A DNA stretch of 64,000 bases from an uncultured Methanosarcinaceae archaeon (GTDB taxonomy: Archaea > Halobacteriota > Methanosarcinia > Methanosarcinales > Methanosarcinaceae). The stretch is taken from assembly GCA_963733675.1 (NCBI GenBank), contig CAVTET010000012.1, positions 64,001-128,000 on the forward strand. The letters are read 5' to 3'. Every line of letters starts with the position of its first letter. Position 1 is the first letter of the stretch. The position numbers and the translations under genes were made by a program. The notes beneath the pieces are model-generated. The model was not told the origin of the DNA. It made no database searches and saw only the letters and a list, made by a program, of their open reading frames with translations. Below are positions 1 through 10,384 of the stretch, piece after piece.

Positions 1-2
1 CT

Positions 3-542
3 TCATACTATATTATTGCAATGAGTGAGGCATCCTCAAACCTTGCCCGTTTTGATGGAACACGCTATGGATTTAGAGAGAATTGCGAAAACTGGAATGC
101 TATGGTTTCAAAGACAAGAGCTGAGGGCTTTGGTACAGAGGTGAAGAGAAGGATTCTTCTAGGAACTTATGCTCTTTCTGCGGGTTATCATGATAAATAT
201 TATTTAGAAGCTTTGAAGGTCAGAACCCTTGTAAAACAGGATTTTGATAAAGCTCTTGCAAAATTTGATCTTCTAATGGCCCCGACTATGCCGAATCCTG
301 CTTTCAAGATCGGAGAAAAAATTGAAGATCCTCTAACTCTCTACCTCTCAGATGTGAATACCTGCCCGATAAATCTTGCAGGTGTACCATCCATTTCCAT
401 ATCTTGTGGCTTTACTGACGGTCTTCCAATTGGGCTTCAGATAATAGGGAAGCCCTTTGAAGAGCTAACTGTCCTAAGAGCTGCGTACACGTTTGAGCAG
501 AATACCGATTACCACACAAAGAGACCCTTAGAGGTGGCATAA
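3..542 (+). CDS. gatA: Asp-tRNA(Asn)/Glu-tRNA(Gln) amidotransferase subunit A, 3' part (5' end outside window)
   Basis: [38 protein letters not shown] amidase motifs; abuts gatB. Confidence 0.97.
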   Translation, partial: SYYIIAMSEASSNLARFDGTRYGFRENCENWNAMVSKTRAEGFGTEVKRRILLGTYALSAGYHDKYYLEALKVRTLVKQDFDKALAKFDLLMAPTMPNPAFKIGEKIEDPLTLYLSDVNTCPINLAGVPSISISCGFTDGLPIGLQIIGKPFEELTVLRAAYTFEQNTDYHTKRPLEVA

Positions 543-2030
543 ATGGTCTACGAAAACCCTGAAGGTATCAGAATTGGTCTTGAAATTCATGTCCAGCTAA
601 ACAAGCTTAAGACCAAAATGTTCTGTGGTTGTTCTTCTGATTATCATAATGCAGCTCCGAATGCTCATACCTGTTCTATTTGCCTGGGTTTGCCAGGAAC
701 GCTCCCTGTCCTTAATAAAAAAGCAGTCGAGGCCGCAATTAAGGTAGGACTTGCTCTAGAAGGAGAAATTGCTGAAGAGACTCAGTTTCACAGAAAGAAC
801 TATTTCTATCCAGATCTTCCAAAAGGTTTTCAGATCACACAGTACGACTTCCCCATAGTAAGCAAAGGAAAAGTTATGATCGAAGGAGAAGATGGGGAGC
901 ATGTAATTGGGATCACCAGAGCTCACATGGAAGAAGACCCTGGCAAGCTTGTTCACTTGGGAAGCATTGAAAAGTCCAAAGGAGTTCTTATAAACTACAA
1001 TAGGTCAGGAATGTCTTTGATTGAAATCGTCACAGACCCCGATATGCGCACCCCCAAGGAAGCCAGACGGTTCCTTGACAAGTTGAGGAACATCCTTGAA
1101 TATCTGGATATTTTTGATGGAAATCTGGAAGGGGCAATGCGTGTGGATGCAAACGTTTCAGTCTACTGGGGTACTCGTGTTGAAATCAAAAATATATCCT
1201 CCCATAAAGGAGTTGAAAGAGCCCTTCTTTACGAGATAATGCGCCAGAAGAACGTAATCCTCCGAGGGGGGAAAATCATTCAGGAGACTCGCCACTTCGA
1301 TGAGGGGCGAGGCGTGACAATTTCCTTGAGGACAAAAGAAGAAGCAGAAGACTACCGCTACTTCCGCGAGCCTGACCTTATGCCCACGCGTGTAGCTGGC
1401 TGGATTTCTTCTGTCCGGGAAACGCTTCCGGAACTTCCAGACGCCAAACGTGTGCGTTTCATAGAAGAGTACTGTATCACTGATATGCATGCAAGAGCCC
1501 TCACGTCCAAGATAATGCTCGCCGACTTCTATGAAAGCATCTGTGCAAAAGGTGTGGATCCGAAAATTGCAGCTACATGGACTGCAGATGTTTTACTTGG
1601 GGAGTTAAATTATCGTGACCTTGCAATTTCCTCTTACGATGGAAAGAAAATCTTCTTCATCAATACAAAAGGCACGGAAATAGATAATTTCTTTAAGGTC
1701 TCCGATATGGTAGAACTGGTTCCCCTTTTTGCCGAAGGCAAAATCAGTGACAGATCTGCGGTTGAGGTCATCCGTAGCATCCTGGATGGCAAGGGAGAGA
1801 AATCTCCATCCCAGATTATAGAAGAAAAAGGGCTATCCAAAGCTGAAGATGATATCGTAGGTAAGGCTGTTGCCGAAGCGATCGCTGAAAACACAGGTGC
1901 AGTACAGGACTACCTAGGTGGTGCAGAAAAGTCCCTGAACTTTCTGATAGGGCAGGTTATGAAAAAAACAAAAGGTACAGCAGACGCGAAAATGGCACGT
2001 GAATTTCTTTTGAAGGGTTTGAAAGGATAA
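543..2030 (+). CDS. gatB: Amidotransferase subunit B
   Basis: IGLEIHVQL, RKNYFYPDLPKGFQITQ, HMEEDPGK, DYRYFREPDL motifs. Confidence 0.98.
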   Translation: MVYENPEGIRIGLEIHVQLNKLKTKMFCGCSSDYHNAAPNAHTCSICLGLPGTLPVLNKKAVEAAIKVGLALEGEIAEETQFHRKNYFYPDLPKGFQITQYDFPIVSKGKVMIEGEDGEHVIGITRAHMEEDPGKLVHLGSIEKSKGVLINYNRSGMSLIEIVTDPDMRTPKEARRFLDKLRNILEYLDIFDGNLEGAMRVDANVSVYWGTRVEIKNISSHKGVERALLYEIMRQKNVILRGGKIIQETRHFDEGRGVTISLRTKEEAEDYRYFREPDLMPTRVAGWISSVRETLPELPDAKRVRFIEEYCITDMHARALTSKIMLADFYESICAKGVDPKIAATWTADVLLGELNYRDLAISSYDGKKIFFINTKGTEIDNFFKVSDMVELVPLFAEGKISDRSAVEVIRSILDGKGEKSPSQIIEEKGLSKAEDDIVGKAVAEAIAENTGAVQDYLGGAEKSLNFLIGQVMKKTKGTADAKMAREFLLKGLKG

Positions 2031-2301
2031 CTCAAAGAGATTACCTTACAGCCTTTTAATTATTTTTGCTTGACATATTTTCCGGTTCAATTTTCCTAAT
2101 TTCTAGTTCCATTTTCCAGTTCTATTTGCCAGCCATAATTTGACAGTTTAATTTTCATTTTGGAAGGAAATTTTCACATTTTAGAGGAATGAAAAAGTGA
2201 TATTTCTTTTCAACAAATTTTTGACTTATTTTATATGATTTAATTTGATAGATAATTCTCTCTTTAGATCTTCATTTTTTTAAGTTTAGATCAAATTTTT
2301 G

Positions 2302-3159
2302 GGTTATGTTGCAAAAATTCATAATAAGGATTCAATTGAATAACGAGAAAATCAATAGAACGATAATATGCTATCTAATTCCTTTAAGTGGAAACATTAT
2401 GAAGGAGAAATTATCCTATTAAATGTAAGGTGGTATTTAAAATATCCATTAAGCTATCGGAATTTAAAGGAAGTGATGATAGAAAGAGGAGTACAAGTTG
2501 ATCATACTACTCAAATGAGATGGGTGCATCACTGAGATCGAAAAGAAGGTACGTAGGTACTTAAAGCCAACCACCGACTCTTGGAGAATGGACGAAACCT
2601 ACATCAAGGTAAAGGGTGAATGGAAATATCTTTACAGAGCAGTTGATTCAACTGGAAGCACAGTTGATTTTATGCTAAGTGCAAAGCGTGATAGAACTGC
2701 TGCGAAACGTTTTTTTAAGAAAGCTTTGAGTTCTAATCATAATCAAATTCCAAAGGTAATAACTGTAGATAAAAATCTAGCTTATCCATCTGCAATAAGT
2801 GAACTCAAAAATGACAAAGTATTACCTAAAAACGTAAACCTTCGGCAAATCAAGTATTTGAATAATGTTGTTGAACAGGATCATAGATCTATAAAACGGA
2901 TAATTCGTCCAATGTTAGGCTTTCAGTCTTTTTGTACAGCTATCAAGACTTTAAAAGGAATTGAAATCATGCATATTATAAGAAAAGGACAGATTAATGC
3001 TCTAAATCGATGTGTTCTTTCTAAAGTAAATTTTATAAATAAGTTATTTGGAATAACTGCCTAAATTTAAATGTTAGCTGAGAAATATTTTGCATTTTTA
3101 TGTTTTTGCTGTTAAACTAAAGTTTTTACTTCAATAGTAGGATTTTTTGCAACAGAACC
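2302..3159 (+). mobile_element. IS6-family insertion sequence, copy 1 (divergent; transposase 2368-3064 frameshifted)
   Basis: TIRs GGTTATGTTGCAAA / TTTGCAACAGAACC; DETYIKVKG, TVDK, NNVVEQDHR DDE motifs; ~8-nt deletion near 2531 breaks the frame. Confidence 0.95.
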
Positions 3160-3282
3160 AGAAATGGAGAAATGCTAATAAGCAGTAGTGGCAAAAAGGC
3201 TTCCAAATTCAGTATAGATAAATCAAAGTTTAATTTCTGGTCCTTATTTGATAAAGAGTTTATCTTCCTGAAGGATGCCTGA
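3160..3282 (+). pseudogene. 3' end of an unknown gene (putative replication protein), truncated by IS6
   Basis: Reads ...LISSSGKKASKFSIDKSKFNFWSLFDKEFIFLKDA*; paralog at 9340-9454 differs mostly at synonymous positions (AGT/AGC, GAT/GAC, TCC/TCA, TTA/CTC, AAA/AAG, CTG/TTG). Confidence 0.7.
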
Positions 3283-3307
3283 TAAGATCACAAAGGCAAC
3301 TGATTAT

Positions 3308-3610
3308 TTTATTCCCATACTATTCTCATTTATCCCAAAATATTCCCGTTATATTCCCATTGAAACGTAATCCGTTGACATTTTGTTCCCAAAAACCCGA
3401 AAATGAAAGAAAGAAATAGAAAATTACACTTTTTGACATTCTCATATTTTGGATATTACTTTAAAAAATCATATATCATTTTTTTTATTTTGGGAACATA
3501 ATACCCTTTTTTATATGATTTTAAGTTCCTTGTTATTGTTTTTATATTATTTCTAATGGGAATATAATGGGAAAATAGCGGGACTAATCGGGAACTAATG
3601 GGAATATAAA
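3308..3610. repeat. Mirror-symmetric iteron-like array (origin-like), copy 1
   Basis: Five TTCCC-type units at ~9-11 bp spacing (3311-3360), inner inverted pair TGTTCCCAAAA/TTTTGGGAACA, AT-rich core, five inverted GGGA units (GGG at 3558, 3569, 3580, 3590, 3600). Confidence 0.8.
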
Positions 3611-4140
3611 TAACGGAGACATATTTGTAATAAGAAGTATATAGGAACGAACATTATAAAGCCTATGATATCTCATTTTCCATTTAAGATTGTGATTCAA
3701 CTTAATTAAGCCGATTGACAACAGGCCTTTTTTGTCTGTTAAATCTCAGAATGAAGATGTTCATAAATTTAAAATTATATTTCAGAAGAGCCAATTATTC
3801 CACTCGCGAAAAATATGCTTTAATAGTAGCCTTCACTAAGATTGATTGAGCAATTTTCAGTGGGCTGACTTTTATTTTATCAATTCTTTGAACTTATTTA
3901 ATCTCTCGAATGTCTCATCTTCAATCTTCTTCAATTAATTTCGCGATTAAGAGAAATCAAAGCAAATATTCCTATCAAGATACTCCAAAATGCACTGCCA
4001 ACCATGTCTGTACCCAAAAGATGTACCGTTTGCATTACTTTATTTTGTCATCGAGCACATAAATCACAACCAATGCGTCGTCGAAAGCCATCAACTACTT
4101 AGTTTTTTTAATTTAAATTCCCAGGCTGATCTCAAATGCT

Positions 4141-4220
4141 AAAAAATTGATCTTCAGCTGCAGGTGAAGAGAATCCTGTAGCCTGCCGAAAAGTCTACTG
4201 CAAGGTACGAAAGACCTATA
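4141..4220 (-). ncRNA. Candidate ~80-nt sRNA, copy 1
   Basis: Minus-strand BRE/TATA (GCAAAAAATATATA) ~24 nt upstream, hairpins AGGT..ACCT and GCTACAGG..CCTGCAGC, ends in oligo-T; paralog at 4599-4678. Confidence 0.55.
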
Positions 4221-4344
4221 AGAGATAAAAAGATTCAACTAATTATATATTTTTTGCATACATTCTAAATAAAAATATCAGAAACTGAAGAGTATAATAA
4301 TTGAGGTGATATCTCATCCCAAAATCCAAGTAAATACCCCTTCA

Positions 4345-4555
4345 TATTTATTTATATATTGTAAAAGTAATAAAAATATATGAAAAATATCTGAAGGGTA
4401 CTACCGTGCTGCAGGATTAATATAATCGGGATTCCGTTTTGGTCCGAAAAATGACTTATTCTGGAGTCGCTGATGAGACTTTTATTGACCGTCTATTCAT
4501 ATACTTATTGTCATAGTCAAAAAATGCCTAAAATCGCTCCACAATCAATCTTCCT
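4345..4555 (+). repeat. Conserved TATA + small leaderless ORF module, copy A (decayed)
   Basis: Homologous to 8266-8594 and 11726-11979 (AAAGTAATAAAAATATATGAAAAAT...ACCGTGCTGC...GAGACTTTTATTG); its 3' part recurs at ~10065-10105. Confidence 0.75.
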
Positions 4556-4598
4556 TAGTTTATTAGTTCCCACAGGCGGCCAGGTGGATTTAAAATTT

Positions 4599-4678
4599 AA
4601 AAAAAGTTAATCTTATGAGCTGCGGGGGAAATACTTACAGCCCAATGGAAAGTCTACTAGAAGGTGGGGAAACCTATA
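4599..4678 (-). ncRNA. Candidate ~80-nt sRNA, copy 2
   Basis: Same architecture as 4141-4220: TATA (CAAAAAGATATAT) ~25 nt upstream, TATAGGT..ACCT, shared AGTAGACTTT, GCTGT..GCAGC hairpin, T7 run. Confidence 0.55.
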
Positions 4679-4908
4679 AATTATGACTAAGTTTGATCTC
4701 TGATATATCTTTTTGATATAGTTGAAATAGCACCAAATTGAATTTATTAATATTAATTTGTTATTCGATTTTAAAACTTTTAATAGGCAAGTAATTTTTA
4801 TTAAAAAACAAATTTTTGAATTATTAATTTAAAAACTAAGTAAGTAATCTATACACTATAGTGTAAAGTAAATTCATATGGAAGCTAATTTTTATGGAAG
4901 TTGATACA

Positions 4909-5490
4909 ATGATTAAAAGTAATGCTCTAATACAGATAGGTTCACTAGAGCATTCAAAAGCAGCTGATGATTATGTAACAAATTTAATTAATATATTAAA
5001 TACCAGACGCACAAGTCGGAAAATTGATGAAGGCTAAGAGCTGGGAAATGTCAAATGTTAATCTTAAAACAATAACCGGGGAAGTATTTTCAAGTATCAC
5101 AAATAGTAGTTTGATAATAATTATATATTTTGATTCCAGAAATCAGGCTGAGAAAGGATTGATCACTTATATTGCAAATTTTACTTCTAAATGTAATTAT
5201 GAATCATATCATCCAGCTGGAAATAGTGACCTCAATTTTTTGACAACAGAATTATTGGATATCAATGGGCATCCCATCTACTCTGAACAGCTTACTCCAG
5301 ATTGCGTGATATCTTGTGTAGATTATAATAGTCGTAGGGTCTTCAGTGCAGATTATCCACCAAACTTATTTGATAATGCAAATCAGCCGTTGGTAAATTA
5401 TTCTGAAATTGCTCTGCAAAAATGCTAATCCCAAAGGGCTAAACTTTTTGGAGCTAATTTTAAAGGAGCTTATCTTAGGGATGTTTATCA
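4909..5490 (+). pseudogene. Hypothetical protein ending in pentapeptide-repeat remnants, frameshifted
   Basis: Consecutive ORF fragments; 3' end reads AKLFGAN..KGAYL (pentapeptide-repeat pattern). Confidence 0.4.
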
Positions 5491-5610
5491 TTTAACATTT
5501 TACTAACTTTTTCAAGTAAAAACGCTTCGTAATATGCAATTGGATAAGACGCTACGATCACAACATGTTCTGTGAGTACGTATCTCAAAAGCAGTGAGGA
5601 GATATCCAAT

Positions 5611-6006
5611 ATGGCATCAACAACAGATAACGGAATCATCAACAAGCTGAGCAACCATTCGGTTGAGCAGACAGTGGAAAGGCTCAAGAGTATTCTGCAA
5701 TCCAAGGGAGTCACTCTGTTTGCGCTGGTCGACCACAGTGGAGAAGCGAAAAAGGTTGGAATGAGCATGCTTCCGACCAAGCTGTTGATTTTTGGCAGTC
5801 CAAAGGCTGGCACATCTCTTATGCTGGCCGCTCCTAGTATTGCCATCGATCTGCCTTTGAAGATTCTTATTTGGGAAGATAGCAAGGGTAAAGTTTGGGT
5901 TTCATACAACAGCCCTGACTACATTAAGGAGTGACACGGTCTGCCTCAGGAGTTGTTACAAAATATTGCCATCATAGAAACAGTGGCAGTAAAGGCAGGA
6001 GAGTAG
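5611..6006 (+). pseudogene. DUF302 protein with premature TGA
   Basis: FALVDHSGEA, LLIFGSPKAGT, IDLPLKILIWED; in-frame TGA at 5932 (probably CGA>TGA) then HGLPQELLQNIA continues; SD GAGGAG. Confidence 0.85.
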
Positions 6007-6430
6007 TATTAATCCCTTGCTTACTTTGATATCCTTAAATCGAAAACGGATCTAAAGCCCAAATTAGATCCTATCCGAAATTTGTCTCTTACGCGTAGAA
6101 TAGTAAAAACCTAATAAACCTGTGATGTTTAGACAGTTGGGGATTTTCCATATATTTTTATTTCGCTACCTAACTAAAGAATAAAAAATCCTATTTAAAA
6201 ATCTAGGTAACTGTATATAACTTAGTTTATATTATTATCTAACAAATGAAATAAAGATAATATGTAAACCTAACAATTACTTCATTTTTCTTTATTATTT
6301 ATCAGTCCCGTAACATAATATTTTTCCCAGCTATTATAAAATCTGTAAATATGTCCAGATTCCGCAGACTTGACAGAGCCATTTCACGCTTGATCTTTTA
6401 AAGTTTTTCCATAGGTTTTTATTGTTTTGT

Positions 6431-7294
6431 CTAAAACAGTCTAAGCGAAAATTCTCCACCACTTTTGATAGTAAAGGCTGCCGCTCCTCTGTGCCCTCCT
6501 CCACCATATTTCTGCGCTATCTCAGCACAATCTATAGAGTCTGATCTAAGCGACACCTGGACCATATCATTCATCATCTGCCACATAACAGCTATATCAT
6601 ATTCTGGTTTTTGGTAAACATACTCTCCAATGTCGCTAGCATCGGTTGTAGTATTGATAAGTCGCGCTCTCAGTCCGTGAAAGTCGATATCTGTGCCCCT
6701 TTCGAATGCTTTCTCAATTTTAACTTTCCGGACATATGTGAGTGCATGCCCAACTCTCAGATAGAGTTCAACTTTTTCATTTTCATGATTACACGATGCC
6801 AACAAATCTTTCCAGTCTGCATCTTCAGGGGAATGAAGAAGAATTTGGCAAGCTCCAGTAAAAGCTGAAATTTCTTCTTTCTTGTCTCCGAATTGCCATA
6901 CGTCTCGCTTTGAAATGTACTCAACTGTTGTAGGAAGTGGGTGACCGCTTCTAAGATATTCCCATGTAAGTTGGGAAGCAGCTTTTGTGATATCCCGTTT
7001 TCCAAGAATGTTCAAACCCCACAATTCCTTATTTTCTTCCATTGCAGTCTTGTGGTGATCTATCCATATGAGTTTTTGTCCTGTTATTTCTGCAAGAGTT
7101 CCCATATCAGTAAACGTGAAATCAAGAACGTAGACTTCATCAGCTTCTTCTATTTCTTCTTTTTTCCATGTAGTGCCATTGTATTGCACCGCAATGCACC
7201 GTATCGGGTTGGTGGTGATGTCTTCCATCGACTCCCTGACCTGAGCTGCTGAGCACTGACCATCAAGATCATCGTGATAATATAGAACAATCAT
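6431..7294 (-). CDS. DHH/DHHA1 family phosphoesterase (NrnA-like)
   Basis: YHDDLDG, VLDF, WIDHH, SLRS, GGGGHRGAA motifs; ATG at 7294 with SD AAGGAG. Confidence 0.9.
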   Translation of the reverse strand: MIVLYYHDDLDGQCSAAQVRESMEDITTNPIRCIAVQYNGTTWKKEEIEEADEVYVLDFTFTDMGTLAEITGQKLIWIDHHKTAMEENKELWGLNILGKRDITKAASQLTWEYLRSGHPLPTTVEYISKRDVWQFGDKKEEISAFTGACQILLHSPEDADWKDLLASCNHENEKVELYLRVGHALTYVRKVKIEKAFERGTDIDFHGLRARLINTTTDASDIGEYVYQKPEYDIAVMWQMMNDMVQVSLRSDSIDCAEIAQKYGGGGHRGAAAFTIKSGGEFSLRLF

Positions 7295-8265
7295 TCTTTT
7301 ATACTCCTTTAGCGAATACCGCATATTAGACTCGCTGTATCCTAAAAATTCAGCCATTTTTATTAGCAGATTGAAGTTAATGCAAAAATCAATCGAATTT
7401 AAGGCATATTTCACGGCTGATTTTCTAAACGGTATTAGATCATTATCATAAAGCTCTTTGGCTTCTTCTTTTTGTTAGATTAATATTGATTTCTTCATCT
7501 TCTTTGATTACAAGAATATTTCACTTCATAGTACTTTAGTACTTTAAGAGAGAATTCGAATATTTTTCTCTTTTTTGAAGCCTATATATTGCATTTCAGA
7601 ACGTTTCTATGCAATATTTGCCCAAATATATTTAGAGTATCTTTGTGTTCTGACGCTTTTTTTGCAGGATTTATTGTAAAAAGAGTATGAATACTTTCTT
7701 TCAAAATGAAATTCCATCGGCTTTATTTAATTAACTAAGGTGATCTGGATGATATTGAATATCAAAAAGGTGATCTGTGAGCTGCTTGCGAAGGGGATGC
7801 ACACAGTTCGATCGGTTATTTAATTTAATTATATAGGAAAATTTATTAATTATAATTTGATTTAATTGAGTATATAATTTGTGAATATATTATACTAACT
7901 TAAACTCATTATTATTGCCATTACATGATTCTGATCTCACAGATTATAGCTTATCTTATATTATCTTATAAAAATAAAAATTAGTGTAACAATCTTACGA
8001 GTTGACCTACATATGTGAGCTTGACTAAGTGTGGGTGGAACTTCATGCCGTCTTATGCTTTTCAATTAGTATCAACAGCAAACATTTGTAAGTTTCTTGA
8101 TTAAATTAATTACTGATACTTACGTCTTTTATGGCTTTATTTACATAACATTTTTGTGGACCATAGGCAGTCATACTAAATTCATAAATTCCTAGAGTTT
8201 AAATCCAAAAACTTCAAATACATTTCCCGAGTTCTTAAAATCAAAGTAACTATATTCCATAACTT

Positions 8266-8594
8266 AATTTATATTATTCCAAAGTAATAAAAATATATAG
8301 AAAATGTCTTGAAGGCACTTACCGTGCTGCTGAATTTAGATAATGGGGAATTAATTTGGTCTAAAAACGACTTAACATGAGGCCACTAGTGAGAAGACTT
8401 TATTAGAAGTCTAATGTTAGGTTCATTATCATACTCAAACAATCGCATACTGCTCCTGAGAATGGCTTCTGCTTGATTTGATGTATATACCCTCGCTTCG
8501 ATATAGAACAAAAATAACTTAATATTAAATATAAGCTTAGCTAATATCAATCATAAAAAATAAAAACCGGTGTTCACAATTGCACGTCCATCAT
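8266..8594 (+). repeat. Conserved small-ORF module, copy B, ending in the first codons of the terminase-small-subunit-like gene
   Basis: Colinear with 11726-12047, including the AAAAACCGGTG..GCACGTCCATCA (ARPS) start. Confidence 0.8.
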
Positions 8595-8619
8595 TACTTT
8601 TATAAGGGGTGATTTTAAT

Positions 8620-8766
8620 ATGGCAGAGGAAAAAGATCAAAGTGAACAGAAAGAACTTAATAAGGATTCTCTGGAATCATTGCTTAAAGAAAATCAAAGA
8701 AAACAGGTTCGTTCAGATTATCGGCGTAGTCTGGGCAGCGAAGCTGGCAGAAGATACAAGGAATGA
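8620..8766 (+). CDS. Small charged protein (48 aa) MAEEKDQSEQKELNKDSLESLLKENQRKQVRSDYRRSLGSEAGRRYKE
   Basis: Open frame with strong SD GGGGTGA 7 nt upstream; below ORF-track cutoff. Confidence 0.55.
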   Translation: MAEEKDQSEQKELNKDSLESLLKENQRKQVRSDYRRSLGSEAGRRYKE

Positions 8767-8823
8767 ATTAATAAAAAAAGTATTAAAGTATAACGATTAA
8801 TACATTATGCAGAACAGATTACT

Positions 8824-8924
8824 AAGCTTTCAAAAGTAAGTTAGATGCTGTTGGTGTGTGCAACATCAACGGTATTTTTCTACCAATTCATGATGAACTT
8901 TGATTTCCATAATAGTCAATTTTT
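8824..8924. repeat. ~100-bp dispersed hairpin repeat, copy 1
   Basis: GCTGTTGGTGT-GTGCA-ACATCAACGGT hairpin plus TGATGAA tail; paralog at 44769-44873. Confidence 0.75.
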
Positions 8925-9339
8925 GCAACACTCAAACCAATAATCCAAGTTCCGTCATATTGCAATTAAGCATTCTTTGGATGTGCGCTTAATAGGCTTA
9001 CTATTTTTGCCTCAATGTCCTACCTTTAACAATTTCTATATCTGATAGACCAACGAACTATTAAATATCGTTGAGCTATACTCATACTTAAGCCCATTAG
9101 CAATCAAATTCTAATCACTTGGATTTGTAGTTGTTTTTGGTCACCATAATTAAATAGATATAGAGTTACAACTAAATATTCATAACTCGGTAGAGCTGCT
9201 TTTAGGCAATTTATTGATACTCGTTCATCAACTTATACCCCCTACTCCAATGTCAAAGCAAAAAAGATCCAAACAACGTTGCGAAATAATATTTGCTTAG
9301 AACTATTCAGAATATTTATATAGACTGCAAGAAGGAAAG

Positions 9340-9960
9340 AGATCTCTTAATAAGCAGCAGTTGAAAGAAAGCTTCTAAATTCAGCATAGACAAATCAAAG
9401 TTTAATTACTGGTCACTCTTTGATAAGGAGTTTATCTTCTTGAAGGACGCCTGATCTATGCACAAAGGCAATTAATTCTTTTATTCCCCAATTTTCCCTT
9501 TTTTTCCAAAATATTCTCGTTTTTTTCCCATTGAAACGTAATCAGTTGGCATTTTGTTCCCAAAAACCCGAAAATGCAAGAAAGAAATAGAAAATTACAC
9601 TTTTTTGGACATTCTAATATTTCGGATATTACTTTAAAAAATCATATATCATTTTTTTATTTTGGGAACATAATTCCCTTTTTTTATATGATTTTAATTC
9701 CCTTGTTATTGTTTTTATATTATTTTTAATGGGAATATAATGGAAAAATAACTGGAATAATTGGGAACTATTGGGAATATAAATCACAGAAGACATACTT
9801 GTAATAAAAAAGGTACATGAACGAACAATTATGGAGCCGAAGATATCATATTTCATTATTTGTGATTGTGATTTAGCTTAATTAAGCAGATTGACAACAG
9901 GCTTTTTTTGTCTGTTAAATCTCAGAATGAAGATGCTCATAAATTTAAAATTATATTTCA
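9340..9960 (+). repeat. Second copy of the gene-3'-end + iteron-array block (paralog of ~3170-3784)
   Basis: Colinear ~620-bp duplication; FSIDKSKFNYWSLFDKEFIFLKDA* ends 9454; arrays at 9481-9530 and 9729-9782. Confidence 0.9.
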
Positions 9961-10384
9961 TTATTTTGATTTAATAATAAGAAAAATAAATTCTGAATAA
10001 AATACTGTCTATTATTCTTCAATCTTTTCGATCTGTTCGTTTTAGACTACAATATACCCAATGAGACTCAGCAAAATGCCTTAAATCTCTACACAATCGA
10101 TCTTCAAATATTTTATAATATTACTTCTATTTAAGTAAGTATGTAATCATAGAAACTCAAATTAGCTCTTGAAATCCCTCATCTAATTTGATGCTCGTTT
10201 CTTTTAAATATTCATTGCCGAACGATAGCATAGGTACATATCGACTCGTTCGGCAGCCTATTCGCTCACTTTGTCAGCGATCCAGGCAACTTCGTGTAGA
10301 TAAATAACACTGGTTCATTGTTCTGGACGTTGTCTTTTCTCCACTTCTAGCCAAGTTTATACTCCTGCAAAGCTAAATAAAAAC

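Noticed and set aside
3308-3610. CRISPR array
   Set aside because: Units are ~10-11 bp with no unique 30-40-bp spacers, half are inverted, and no cas genes are present.
4465-4525. Hammerhead ribozyme (CTGATGA core)
   Set aside because: No GAAA after a stem II, and CTGATGA is not conserved in the paralogous copies (CTAGTGA).
5932-5934. Selenocysteine read-through of TGA in DUF302
   Set aside because: Context (KE*HGL) fits Arg CGA>TGA rather than a Cys position; Methanosarcina are not known to use Sec.
6345-6380. Lone IS-like terminus (CTTGACAGAGCC); similar TTCAGAAGAGCC at ~3781
   Set aside because: No partner end or transposase visible; too short to call.
9629-9856. 75-aa minus-strand ORF
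   Set aside because: Overlaps the repeat array, has low-complexity translation and no protein-like features; treated as spurious.
10216-10256. Integron attC site (GCCGAAC...GTTCGGC inverted repeat)
   Set aside because: Only ~40 bp, single copy, no L boxes or cassette array; probably a simple hairpin.
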